Both the position numbers and the translations under genes were made by a program. From contig NW_003526940.1 of NCBI RefSeq assembly GCF_000181795.1, positions 84,440 through 148,135 of the forward strand: DNA of 63,696 nt, written 5' to 3'. The notes under the pieces were generated by a model. That model was given only the letters and a program-made list of their open reading frames with translations. It did no database searches and had not been told where the DNA came from. Positions 27,081-40,100 of this stretch are shown here, piece after piece (position 1 is the first letter of the stretch; every line of letters begins with the position of its first letter). The DNA is from Trichinella spiralis. Taxonomy: Eukaryota.

Positions 27081-28214
27081 ATCAGAATTCATCGTCCGAG
27101 TGAACTAAAAGGGAGGGATGGTTTCTGCTTGAAGATGATCGTCTCTTCTTTGGTTGCCCTTTCTCTTTCATCGATTCTTGTTATGTGACTTTCCCGAGCT
27201 ATGGGATGCAGCAATTCCGTCTAGGAAATAAAGTTCAGAATCATAGTCGAGTGAACTGAAAGGAGATGTGTTTCTTGTTGAAGTTGATGGTGTTGTTCAT
27301 TTTGGCCCTATCCTCAATACGCTTGTTAAAAACGACTTTAAGAGCCGTCGGATGCTTCAATTCCGTCTGTGGAAAGATTATCCAGCAATTGAAAGAAGAT
27401 TCAGTTAGGGGTGCTGATGATGTTCTTCTTGTTAAGGAGTTCTCTCCAAATGAAACGCATCATTTAGGTGTCCAGAATCGTTTCCTTTCGCAAACGAGTG
27501 TCGAAGTTGAGTGGCATTCAACCTGCCGAATTGCGACAAATGGGATTCACCATCTTTTTCTTCTTTCGGCAAATCAGATTCGCCATCTTTTTCTTCATTC
27601 AGGAAATCAAATTCACCGTCTTTTCCTTCTTTCGCCAAATCAGATTCACCAATTTTTCCTCCTTGTGGGAAATGGGATTCAAGAATTTCACCGCCTTTCG
27701 ACGAATGGGATTCTGCACCTTTTCCACTTTTCGAGAAATGAGATTCACCATTTTTAGCACCTATCGACATATGTGATTCTGCATCTTTTCTGCTTTTTGA
27801 GAAACGAGATTCATCACTTTTATGACCTTTCAACAAATGCGATTCTGCACCTTTTCCACTTCTCGATAAATGAGATTCACCACATTTATCACCTTTCAAC
27901 AAATGCGATTCGCCACCTTCTCTACCTTTTGATAAATAGGATTCTCCACCTTTTTCTCCTTTTGACAAGTGGGCTTCAACACTTTCACCAGCTTTCATCA
28001 AATGGGATTCACCAGTTTTCTCACCTTTCGACAAATCAGATTCACCTCGTTTTCCTTCTTTTGTAAAGTGAGATACATCACTTTCTCCACATTTCCACAA
28101 ATGTGATTCACGACCGTTTCCACCTTTTGACCAATGGGAATGGCCACTTCTTCTACCAGAAATGCTTCCAGGAGGGGAGTGATAATAAGGAAAACTGTTA
28201 CCACGTTTCGGCAT
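27081..28214 (-). pseudogene. Basic-protein family member B: 11-aa-repeat N-terminus, ORF stops at 27432, homology continues out of frame into the gap
   Basis: 260-aa ORF MPKRGNS... with ~18 KxxKxGESHLS repeats, ending GNDSGHLNDAFHLER (cf. RNDSGHRNDASHLAR in member C). 27081-27270 matches member D DNA (ttcagaatcatagtcgagtgaact) but is frameshifted. It could be a truncated gene, a pseudogene or a contig-edge error. Confidence 0.6.
27520..28135 (-). repeat. Degenerate 33-bp coding minisatellite (~18 units)
   Basis: Recurrent aaat(g/c)(a/g)gattcacc units on the + strand, giving 11-residue periodicity in the minus-strand ORF. Confidence 0.85.
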
Positions 28215-28585
28215 GTCAAAAACTGCTCAACTGAACTGATGCGTAGTTTATCGTTTCGACTTCTGCGCGCCTTTGAAAGTAAAAATAGACGTCAAAGAGA
28301 TGACTTATTAAAACAGGTCATTTACACAGTAAACCTCAACGTAGTATGATTTTCAAGTTCAAATTAGAAATCTTTTAAGAAAATTAATTTGAAAACTGCA
28401 AGAAAAAGGTATTAAACAAAAGCAAAACAAACAATCATTTTGAGTGAAGTAATTGAAATAGTAATGTCTTGTGATTTCACAATCTTAATTTTTTGGCGTA
28501 TTCACAAGTTTGTTACTTGAGACCTTTATACTTACCGTACAGTCCGTACTGTGACAGTGAAGCAAGGACGCACGTATCATTTCCA
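28215..28585 (-). promoter_or_regulatory. Upstream region conserved between family members B and C
   Basis: Aligns by eye with 48716-49092 (ctcaactgaa, cttctgcgcgc, atgattttcaagttcaaatt, taattgaaatagtaa.gtcttgtgattt, ctgtgacag.gaagcaag). Confidence 0.6.
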
Positions 28586-28683
28586 AGCCAATTAGTGTGT
28601 TGTTTGTCATTTATTAATATTTGCTGAATATGACTGAAATGTGTTCAATGCTTTGCTTGCGCTTTCCAATTGTTGTTAAAAAA

Positions 28684-28815
28684 GGTTTGGTACTACTCGG
28701 TCCCGCTTTTTTCTTACTGGTCTTTGCCCACGCTATTTTATTGGACCGTCAAATCTTTGTCGTATTGGTTTTCCTTGTCTAATTGCTCATTGATTCAACT
28801 CTTCAGTTGTGATTA
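28684..28815. mobile_element. One-armed copy of the MULE-type MITE at 60370-60656
   Basis: ggtttggtactactcggtcccgctttt...gaccgtcaaatctttgtcgtattggttttccttgtctaattgctcattgattcaa...gttgtgatta matches the TIR and interior of the 60.4 kb element. The second TIR is absent. Confidence 0.8.
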
Positions 28816-29082
28816 GCTGTAATATCTTTTCATTTCATGCTTCAATATACCATTGAGATTACGTAACTTTAATATATGACGTANNNNNNNNNNCAGGTGA
28901 AAGCACATTGCTGGGAAACATTTTTTCTCATATAATAAAACACATTTGTGCAATTTTTAAAAGTGGTCTTTTGACGGTCATAGATTTGAACTTCATTGAA
29001 CTTGATTTTCTTAACACAGTAGTTCCGTTTTTTTGCTGGATAGAAAGTGTTTTTTCGATTATACATTGAATTATTCACTGCC

Positions 29083-29736
29083 ATGAACAGGCCATTTGAT
29101 AATATTGACGATCGTACTTTGGTAGTTTTGAATTGTCATAAAAATGTTACCGAAGAATTGCTGTACGAACTTTTCGTGCAAGCTGGTCCTGTACAAAATG
29201 TGAGAAAAAGAAAAACTTGTTCGCATGCGTTTGTTACATTTTTCCACTCCGAATCGGTTCCATATACCATAAACGTGATGAATGGTATACGTCTTTTCGG
29301 ACAGCCATTGCGCCTACGTCCGCGTCCACATACAATGCACTGCTTTGGTGAACCAAATGATTGTGATTATCCAGAGCCGCTGTGGTGTATATTGATACCA
29401 TACCCTCGTGAAGATTATGTGCGAGAAATGAAAATGAAAGATAGATTTCAGCGACAACAACAGCAGAGAGAGAGATATATGCGCAATATGCGAAATACTC
29501 ATCCCGGGTCTTCTTCATATCCTTATAGCCCTCGTGGTGCCAGACATTACGAATCTTATCGGCCTACTTATTGGACCCAAAGTTACTACGAAAATGAAAG
29601 AGAACGTTATGGGAGACAGTATCGTGGTAATACGTATAAAAACATTCGGGCTCCTTATTCTTATTCTTCTGCCAATCGTGGGAAATCTAGTCATCCTAAG
29701 AAGCAGTTCAAGAAAGGACATCCGCCAGCTCGTTAA
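29083..29736 (+). CDS. RBM7: RBM7/RBM11-like RRM protein, intronless CDS
   Basis: DRTLVVLNCHKNVTEELLYELFVQAGPV...AFVTFFHSESVPYTINVMNGIRLFGQPLRL matches the RBM7/RBM11 RRM, followed by an R/Y/S-rich tail. First ATG at 29083. Confidence 0.85.
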   Translation: MNRPFDNIDDRTLVVLNCHKNVTEELLYELFVQAGPVQNVRKRKTCSHAFVTFFHSESVPYTINVMNGIRLFGQPLRLRPRPHTMHCFGEPNDCDYPEPLWCILIPYPREDYVREMKMKDRFQRQQQQRERYMRNMRNTHPGSSSYPYSPRGARHYESYRPTYWTQSYYENERERYGRQYRGNTYKNIRAPYSYSSANRGKSSHPKKQFKKGHPPAR

Positions 29737-30709
29737 TACCTCTCTGTGATTTTTGCAGTCAGCATTTTTTTGCACTTGTATTTTTGGCAAAGCTGAATAT
29801 ATTGCACGATTTATGTATATTTGCTGTTTTGATAGAAAGTGTTTTTAACAGCACTTTTCTAATAAGGTTGTTTATGTTTACAAATACTGTTTTGGGCAAG
29901 GTTGAAAATTGAAAGAAAATCATTTGTTGAAAAAAGAAGTTAATCATAATAAATTAATGTCCATTATGCAAATGTTTTATCAAATAATTGAAACAAATTC
30001 TGAACGTGAAAAAGTTTTTACGTTGAGTGAAGAAATGTGAAGTTTTTTATTCCATCGATTCCAAAATTTAAGTAATCAGTTTCATTACCATTATTAATGC
30101 AGTTATCGAATTACCGTAAGGTGACTAAAACGAATTTATTTATGATTATACTTATTTTATAAAGTGTTGAATATAATTCAGTATAACATATTTTACGTTC
30201 AGCTTTTGTTACACGATTTTGATAGCAACTATAGAAACATGCAAATGCTGTATTTTTCCCGTAATTTTGTCTTAAAATATGACTGCGAAAATTTTAATTC
30301 AGCTGTTTAACCGAAAACTGTTCAGTAACACTGATGTTAATTTCATCAACAGCAAGACAATATTATTTTATTGACTATTTCAAAAATTAAAAGATGCTTT
30401 CATATACAAAAAAAATTATTAAATCATCAGCTCAAAGCTTGTGTTTACTCCTTGAATTAATTTGTTAAGTTTAAAAAACATTTTCAACATCTCTCCCAAT
30501 ACGTTAAACAATTCTTTGAAGTTAAAAAATTAACATCACGTTAATCTGAACAACACCTCTGATACTGCTCATTTTGACATAAGAAATAAATTCAAAATGA
30601 CATAAACACAAATTCCCGAGAATATATTTAATTTTGATGACTAAGCGTTTCAAATTTATCTATAAGTTTCTGTTTCATAAGATCACTTTTGAGAAAGGTT
30701 ATACTTTGA

Positions 30710-31180
<471 letters not shown>

Positions 31181-34100
31181 TTATCATTCCCTGAAAATAA
31201 TCACAAGCAAACTCTACTAACTAACATTACAAAGTACAATTCACAAATGAGATGAGTAAAATAACATATCATCAGCATATGACAGTATATCTTATTTGAG
31301 TAAAAAGTATGGCATACAAAAGTTTGCAATTGACTACAATAAAATTCCACATTAAAGTAAAAAATACGGAAAACTTAATTTTTATTAAAATAAAATACAT
31401 TTATATTCCAAAAACATTACAAAAATAATGTTTATTGACATTATAATGAATACAGTAATACTAGGTGATAAAAAATTATCAATTGGTAATCATTACTATT
31501 AAAAGCATGAATATTTGCTAAAAATTTTTCATTATATGTTATAATTTATAAGAAGCTAAATGAAGCTTTTTGAGTTCCTATTAATCTACTTGAATTCACA
31601 GTATTGTCAGACCGTAAGATGTTCAATAAAACATCAAAGTCTGTTGTTAATGAGTCGTTTGAACTTTTAGTTTTCTGTTTGATTGTTTACAGTACAATAT
31701 ATTGATGTGATTAATGATTATTGATTTAAACAATTTTCATTAGTGATGTGACGATGCATTGATAAAAGAAATTTTTAATCATACACCATTATTTTAATAA
31801 TGAAATCAAGAATTATTGTTCTTGATAAGGCGAGATTAGATTCAAAAAAAGGTTAGTGTTTTTAATTTGTGTAAAGTAACTGTTTACAATTTTTAATGTG
31901 TTCAATATGTAATTTTTAATTTAAGTGCTTAAAGGTGTCTGTTTTTTTGCGAGTATTTTATGAAAACTTTACCAGTATCCTCTTTTCAGTTTTTTAAATT
32001 AGAATGGTTGATCTATAATGTATTGTGTTGCGTACGTGAAGTAACTTTTCCTAAAGTCTCCATCCAGGTAAAAGTATAAATCAGATGGTTCTTTTTTTAT
32101 TTTTAATTTTTCATTGCTCTGTTCAAACTTTTAAGTGTAGTTTTTTTAATGTTGATTTTAAAGATGTCGTTGAAATAAAGAATAACAGGTTATTTTTGCA
32201 TTATATAATTATTCATATCAGTTGTGTGTTGTGAGCAATTGTTAATTAAAAAGTACAGACGTTAATACATCATAGATCCATTACAGAGTTATAATAAGAC
32301 TAGAAGGTTATTTCTGCAGTTTATATTAAACGTCGAATTATTGAAAGAATTCATTTTAAAAATATTGCATTTGTGAAGCAAATGTGAATGTTTTTCTTGG
32401 GTTTCTTTCTGATGATGTGAAGGATTCTTGTGTGAACATTATTTCAGTATGATGAAGCCTTTCTTTAAAACGAATTTCACTTTTAATATCATTTTATTGT
32501 TCAACAGCTGAAAATAAATTAATAATCTAGCGCATCACCTAATATAATTATTTCAATTTTGTTCTATTAGATTTTCAACAAACAAAAATATGTTAATAAA
32601 TGAACGATATTTTTCAATGCCACTTTGATGGTCGTCGATATTTAAATTACGCTTCATCAAAGGACAGTGTAGCTTTGCAATATTTTTTTAAAGTTTTTGA
32701 AAAAAAATTCATTTACATTTTTGGCTTCTTCAAAATTGCAGTCTTCTGCCAAGTGAGCTGTTTACAAGATGTGGCAGTTTACGTGTCAGTTCAGAAAGTG
32801 AGTGTAACATTTTACTAAGTACTCCGCAAGTATTTGAAACAATCTGTTATTTTGAGATGTTATCTAGTATGCCATGTGACAAATGCTAATGACAAGCGTG
32901 ATAAATTGTGATTTCTTAAATAAATAGCATTATGCAGTTTAAAATGAAGATAAAATTCCCTTAATCGTGTACTTTTGTTATTTTGGAAAGTATTCGTGTA
33001 AACAAAAAAGAAAAGATGATGGAAGAAAAGTAGTTTGAATTTTCCAATAGTAATAATATTAAAATGCATTGCAACGAAATGTTACAGCTTTCAACTTTGA
33101 ATTTGCTTGTTTCAAGATGCATGTTCACATTTAAGAAAAAAAAGCAATGCATGGAAAGTTTGTTCATGGTTGTTGACGTAGTCATCTTCAGCATTTTTAT
33201 AAGAATCTCTTTTTTAACCTTGTTAGAATTGAAAAATATATATTCTAGATTAACTGTTGAAAACGATGAAATTTGGCAAATTTGAAATGAATATTTAAAA
33301 AATTAGCATAAATATGTTTAAATAAAAAGCATGTCAATGATGAAGTTGGTAAAGTTGATTGTGTAGAAATTTATTTTTTCATCGTGTTGGAAAGATTAAC
33401 AAAAACGGAAAATGGAATCCAATTTGATCAAGTGATGATGATGTTTTTGAAGTTTGAACAATTGAAAACAGAAGAAGAATATTTGCATAAAATTTTGATA
33501 TTAATTTGAATGCAATTTTCTTGTTATTGATAAATATAAGTTTAAAAAATTCCATTAGCATGAATTGTTTTGATTTTTAGATTATGAAGAAGAAATGAAA
33601 GATGACGAAAGCAGAATATGTATATACATATATATATATAAAGGATTATAATCAACACCAGTTCATTATGTAATTTGAGTTCATTTGCTTTGTTGTTGTT
33701 TATTTGTTTGTTTATTTATGATTTTAAAACAAAAAATGCAGCTTACTTCTCTTGCAAGCCTTCGGCAACAGTGTAAGCCAGTTTTTGTTCAAGGTCGTCG
33801 TCCAACAACAGGCTATTTTGTGATAAACGCTTTCTTCTTAAGACGTTCTCACTCAACGTATGTCGACAAAGTACAGCAACAGCGTGTTTCATCACTTACT
33901 CCACTTCTGCCCCGTTCAACACAGCTTCGACAATCTATTACCGAAGTGAATCACACTTTATGCAAATTATTCCACTAAATGAATATTTGAAAAAGCCACT
34001 GTTTGTTTGTTGTTAATTGTTTTCGACATTTGATCTGAATGTAAGTTGATTTGAAAATTATCACTAATAAATATGAGTAATTTTTTTTTGTTTTTAATAT

Positions 34101-37100
34101 TATACGAACGGCGTTATTGAGCCAATAATAAGCAGATTTCGAATAGATGGTGTAGAGATAGAGGCACATGATGCATACATATTTCACTGTTCATCCCGGT
34201 GATCACAGGCATTTGCTGACAAGTTTGCCATTTTGACAGAGTTCAAAGATGAAAAGAAATCGCTCATTAAAATTAAGACAAATTTTGTTTTTTTCAAAAA
34301 ATTTAAATGAATATTTAAAACATTTAAAAAAGAAAACAAAAATGCCATCGAATTGTAAATTATGAAAGTTTTGAAATTGTCATCTGTTTATTTTTTACAT
34401 TGTGACAAATGGATAAATTGGCTTGGCGAAAGTTGAATGCTAATTATGAGAATAAATTTGAATTGAATCACGTTTGTAAATTTCAAATAAAAATTTCTCA
34501 GCATCATCATCCAATTTTTACTTTTACCATATCCAATAGTTGTTGCATTAATAAAGCTGGGTGATAAAGAGTGAAATTTACAAATGTACAAATTTTATTG
34601 ACAATGAAAACAGTGTGTCTTTTATAATCAATTAGTTCATGGTTTACACTGGAGCTGAAAATTTGTACAACAATCAAAAATTTTCATCTGTGGATGGTCA
34701 CTCATTTTTACGAGCTTATTTCCCTATTTTTGTTCATTGAAGTAATTTATTTAAAACTTTTTGAAAATTTGATTAAATAAAAATTTATTGATTATTTTAT
34801 TGAAAAAAAGACAAAGTTTTAAATAAAATTCACCAATATTGTAATGTGCAATAATGATAAAAATGAGCAGAGTCGTCGTGATGATTCATTTATTTAGTTA
34901 AATCTTATTAATATAAAAAAGGAGCATTAATTTTGAGTGGAAAATTTGAATATGCTTTTTTGCCTTTTAATTTGAATTTTCATTGCAAGATTAAGTACAA
35001 TATTTAGCTGGTTTTTTTGTTTCAGTACGTATACTCTGATGTAGGATGCTTTTTACTTGGAAGAAATAGCAAAAAAAAACAAAAAATAATATTTTCAAAT
35101 AATTTGCATATTTTGGGCACGTGATTGTTGCTGGAATAGTGGGAAAAAATAAAAAATGTTGCCTGATCAGATCTCTGGGAGAATAAAATTGTGGAATAGT
35201 AAAAAAAGATGTTGCCGGCTTGTGTTGCGCATGCGGTGGGCTGTGGCGCGCGTGATGATCAAGCGACCGTCCAACTGCAGTTTAAGGTCGTACAGTATCA
35301 ATAAGGTCATTGTCTTTTTACAGTACCGTCCAGTACCGGTCGGTTGTAAAGCTTCTACTTTTCCTGGACCAGGGACAGGCTGGTGCAAATTTCTTTTTAT
35401 GAAAAAACACATGAACTCTCTCTTACTCTCGCTTCTCCTTCACTATTAGTGTTTTCACACCAGCCGGGTGGCACCGCCCTGCATGGATTACCATTTCTAT
35501 AGGTTTCGCTGATTTTTGCTTTTGCCCCTTTTACTTTTGAATATTCAAATTTTTCAACAATACTTATTTTAGGTAAGTGATATTCAAATTCAAACAACAA
35601 CTAACATTTAGTAATTGTTAAAGTTGAAATCGTTTATCATCAAATGGTTATTATAAAGTTCAGAATATTTTCAATTTGTTATTTTTAATACTTTTTCATA
35701 AAACAGCTACATTACAATAAAGTGAATTATTGAAATGGTTGATTTAATTGAAAAAAAAGTCATCATATCTGACATAAACTGTATTTGCTCTGTCTTCTGT
35801 ATTGTGATCTGATTGTGTGATACTGGCATGTTGTTCTATTTTTATTGTTCCGCTTTCATATTTAAATTTTAGCTACTTTTGTATTTTGATTTCTTTTGTC
35901 TGCTTTTCAATAAAATTTAAATCAATTCTTCAAGTTCACCTGTGCACTTCCACTTTGTCTATTCAATAGTTCACATAATTGTTTGAAAGTTGTTCATTTA
36001 ATTTAAATAATATTTGCATAATTTGCAATGCTAATGACGCTTTTTTACAAATTGAGCAGAAAAAAAGTTTTTCATTATCTTCGTGAAAGGGATATTCTTT
36101 TTTCCTTCCTTTTCAAAAAGGAAATCATCATCATACGTCGAAATTTACAATTGAATCGAACAATATGTTGAAAGGTATTATTTTGTTGACAGAATTGCAT
36201 TTTGTTGTTTAGCTATTGTACGTTGAAATTGTTGATAAATATTTGCTTTGTTCAATGAATCTTCTATAAGCAGGGGATTGTATATAATATGCAGCTGTGT
36301 GCATCTGCCACGGGCACACAGTTCAGCACTTTTTAATACGATGATAATGATAATCAATGTTTTAATGAAAATCTTTTTCGCCACGGAAAGGTGAAAAATT
36401 ATTATTGAGTTCGGTTGTTTAATTAGAATAGATGACATTACCGTTTGACGGAAAATGCCAGCTTTTGCCACGTCAACGCGTCATCATTTCCCTGTCAAGT
36501 GTCTTTGTGAAGAACAAGCGGCAGCTTGCCTCGGCAAATATTTTAAGCGTTTTCTGAACATCACTTGTCCGCTCTTGTCGAGCAAGATCCGCGATGAACA
36601 GTTTCAATCTAATCAAAAAATTCCCATGCTGAGTACAACTGCTCAACAAGCGACAGTAAGCAATTTCAATTTTTTAATTTTAAATTTCAAATCAGCACGA
36701 CAATTTATTTTCATTTCTAAATCCACCAAACAACAGATTGATCATTTTGAAAACTTCGTATATTCTTTATTTTTTTCACTAAATCCCTCGTCGTCTCATC
36801 GCATTTTTCTTTTTATTGATGCATTAGAATTTGTTAAATTAATTTCGAGCTTTAATTTTGCGTAGAAGCTTCGCTGGTCATTTTGCTCGTACTCTTCCTT
36901 GTATGGAGGCAATTATTGTGCAGCAATGGTTTTGTGACAATTGATTCGAATTCTTCTCTCTCTGTCGAAGATTTTCAAAAATCTTTTCCTTCTTTCACAG
37001 CAATTTTCACTCCTCTTTTCCTCTTTCCTATTTTCCTTTTCAACAAAATAAGTAGAAAAAAACAACCAATATTCGACGATATTTACCAGGCTAGCATGTA

Positions 37101-40100
37101 AATTTCCGCCTCGTTGCGGCTAACGATACCCCTGGATGATGCAGTATTGCGTCACTGATCTGCTGCACCCACGCGTGCATGCGACACACGACAGGCGACG
37201 ATCAATCAACAAGCTATGATTTTCCACACAAACGCACTTATTCACTTCTTTATGCCATTGCGACATTAAACGTCATTGTTTGCTCGCGTCAACGTTCCTC
37301 TTTTTCAATATTCATTCCAATTTTTAAAAACAGTTCAATCCACTCAAATTGATGTTCATTTTTCGCTGAATATTTTCAATTTTCACCCAACCAGATAATC
37401 CAATTCACACCAATCTACACTTTTACTTGCGAAATTTTTCACCATTCAAACTCTTCCTTATATTTCAATTTTTACAGTAACTATTATAGCGTTCAAGTAA
37501 GTATTTTTACCAATTTCAGAGTAAGTTTATCATACTTTTATATATTTTATTTTGTTTTTCTTTATGATAACTTTTTTTGACAAATTATTTTTTATTTAAT
37601 AAAATATTGGTAATCATATTTAAAAAATTTTAATTTTTACAATAAAAACCAAATTGTTATTAATACAATATTTCGTAAAAATTTCACGTAAAAATTTCTG
37701 AATATTTAATCTTGCCCATTTTTCGTTAATTAAATGTTAATAAAAAATGAATAGGCTAATGGTAATTTAATGTTTCTCTTTACAACTGAACAGATTATTA
37801 ATAATGTTATTAGTTTTCTGAATTTAATTACTTGCAAATCGCTAAACCAATGTACAGTACTTTCAAGTACAATAGCTGGCAGGAAATTTGAAAAAGCAAC
37901 ATTTCATATTTTTAGTGAAGTGAAGCATTGTTTATAACTTGTTTTGATCATCTCATATCTGCTTCTGCCTCATTGGTTTTTTCACTTTTTTTCAAATCCA
38001 AGGAAATTTCGTCCACTTTTCTGTATTTGTACAGTTTTTCTCATCCGTCAGACACAAGTCACAAGGTAGCCATGTATTCGATGATTAATTACAATTTCGA
38101 GTATGTGTTTGTAATGTAGATTTTTTTTCTGTGAATTCTATTCAATTGAAGTGGTAGCTATTGCTGAAAGTTTTCTTTTTTTGCTAGTGAAATTTTCGTC
38201 TCATTTATGTGTTTCATTTTTTGTTCCACGATGAAAAAGTGTCAACTTATTAAATGTGAATGTTGAAAATGTTTGAATTTTGATTCAAAGAAAACATTGC
38301 AGGAACAAAAAGTTCAAATTTCGATTTACTTTTTCGCTATTGATTTTCATCCAGAATTATCAGTACAATTCAGCGTGTTTTCATGCTTAAAAAGGAAGCT
38401 CAGCAAAAGTTGTAACCAGAAGAAAGTAGCCACAGTTCATTAAACTATCAGAAAAAAATGCCTTCTATTTGATGGTGTCAAGGTTTTATTGATGTCAAGT
38501 GACAGACGGTGCGATGGTTTTTTGATGTATAAATTAGTTTTACATCTAGTGTAAATGCGCGTGCCCGTGTAATACTTTTAATTTTTTATTTGAAATACTT
38601 TTCCGTGTAATCAATTTCAGATAATCGTTATCATTTTACAATAGTACTGCTGTGAATTAAGCGTTTATATTTTTTTATATTATGCTCATTGAGATGAATA
38701 AGTGTTCATTTTTATTATTCTAAAAGCATAATTTGCGTAGTAATAACTAATGTGGGTTTTAATTGGCAATTGTGGAAAAATATTGTTTTTAATATCACTC
38801 ATCTTGATTGTTAGAAAGCTTTGAACATTTTGTCATCTATTTTTTTTAAAAATATCAATCTGCCTATTTCATGAACTGTGCTGTTCGATGATCGTTTATT
38901 TAATTACGTTTACAGTGCAATCGTACATATGTGTATGGTGTCGTCATTAATAACTTGTTTTTGTCACATATTTACATTTTCCTATTTATATTGGCTTTTA
39001 TTATCGTTATATATTTATTGGTTAAACTGATATTGGGTTATCTTATTATTGTTTTTTTTTGCCTGCCATATACAGAATTTCATTCATTGTTACGCCTCAC
39101 GTTTGATCATCACGTTGTTGTCGAAGGTGAACTTTGAAAATGCAAATTTATTTCAATTTGTTCCATTTGAATAGTAGTAATTTTGTTTATACAAAGGTAA
39201 ATTTTGCGATTAACTGCTGAACATTTGAATTTATCTCTGGGCAATATTTGCAGCTTTTCGATAGCATCGATTTTCTTTTACGACAGTTTTACTTTAACAT
39301 TGTTCAATTGATTTCAATTTCTTCCAACAAATTTAACGAAAACTTTTGATTAAAATCTGTGAATTATTATTGTTTTTTATTTTTTGTTGTTGTTTTTAGA
39401 TTTGTTTGAAATCGATTAGTTTTTATAGTCTGTTTTCTTTGTTTTTATTTTTATAGATCAGTGCGTGAAAATAAATCAGCAGAATTGAAAACGCAAAATC
39501 CATACCTCTCCCTCCCCCCCTTTCAATTGCCGCTTGTAGGTGGTGATGTGAATTTGAAATTTTTCTCCAAGTCACAAAAGCTTCGGTTTCATTAATAATA
39601 GTCCACATATAGCTTTCGCATTGTTAATTGAAAACGCGGCATATTATTCAATGTTTGCTGAAATTGGTGTTTGATTTTGCGCTCGTTAAAAATTATTTAT
39701 TTTATTAACAAATTATAGTAATTTTTTTGTTCAATTTTTATTTTTCTGTTATTGAACATCGTGGCAAGGAAAAGGATAGAAGTTCGATTGTGAATTTTTG
39801 TTTTTCAATTTTTCTTTTTTGATGTGCTTTTGATAGGGACTTTGCATATGAAACCAAAAGAAAACAGAATAACTTTGAAATTTTCGTTCAGATTGCATAA
39901 TAGCGAATGTGAAATGTTAAATGCTTGTCACTGTTCATCGTATACGGTGCCAGTCTGTGACTTGTTGACGAAAAGGGAAATTTTTTCCAATACGCACACA
40001 CACACACACACTCTACCCGGAAATGGGAAAACATTGCAGTGGCAAATAAAATAATGTGCCGTTGTCATTGAGACAATATTTCACCAGGCTTTTTCAGCTA

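Noticed and set aside
25106..27103. Long ORFs containing X runs
   Set aside because: Artefacts of translating N gaps.
27520..28135. Periodic 33-bp repeats as a CRISPR array or LEA group 3 11-mer
   Set aside because: Eukaryotic coding minisatellite with degenerate units and no unique spacers. The Gly-rich units do not fit the amphipathic LEA 11-mer consensus.
37130..37165. atgatg...ctga as a C/D snoRNA
   Set aside because: The boxes are far too close together and there is no terminal stem.
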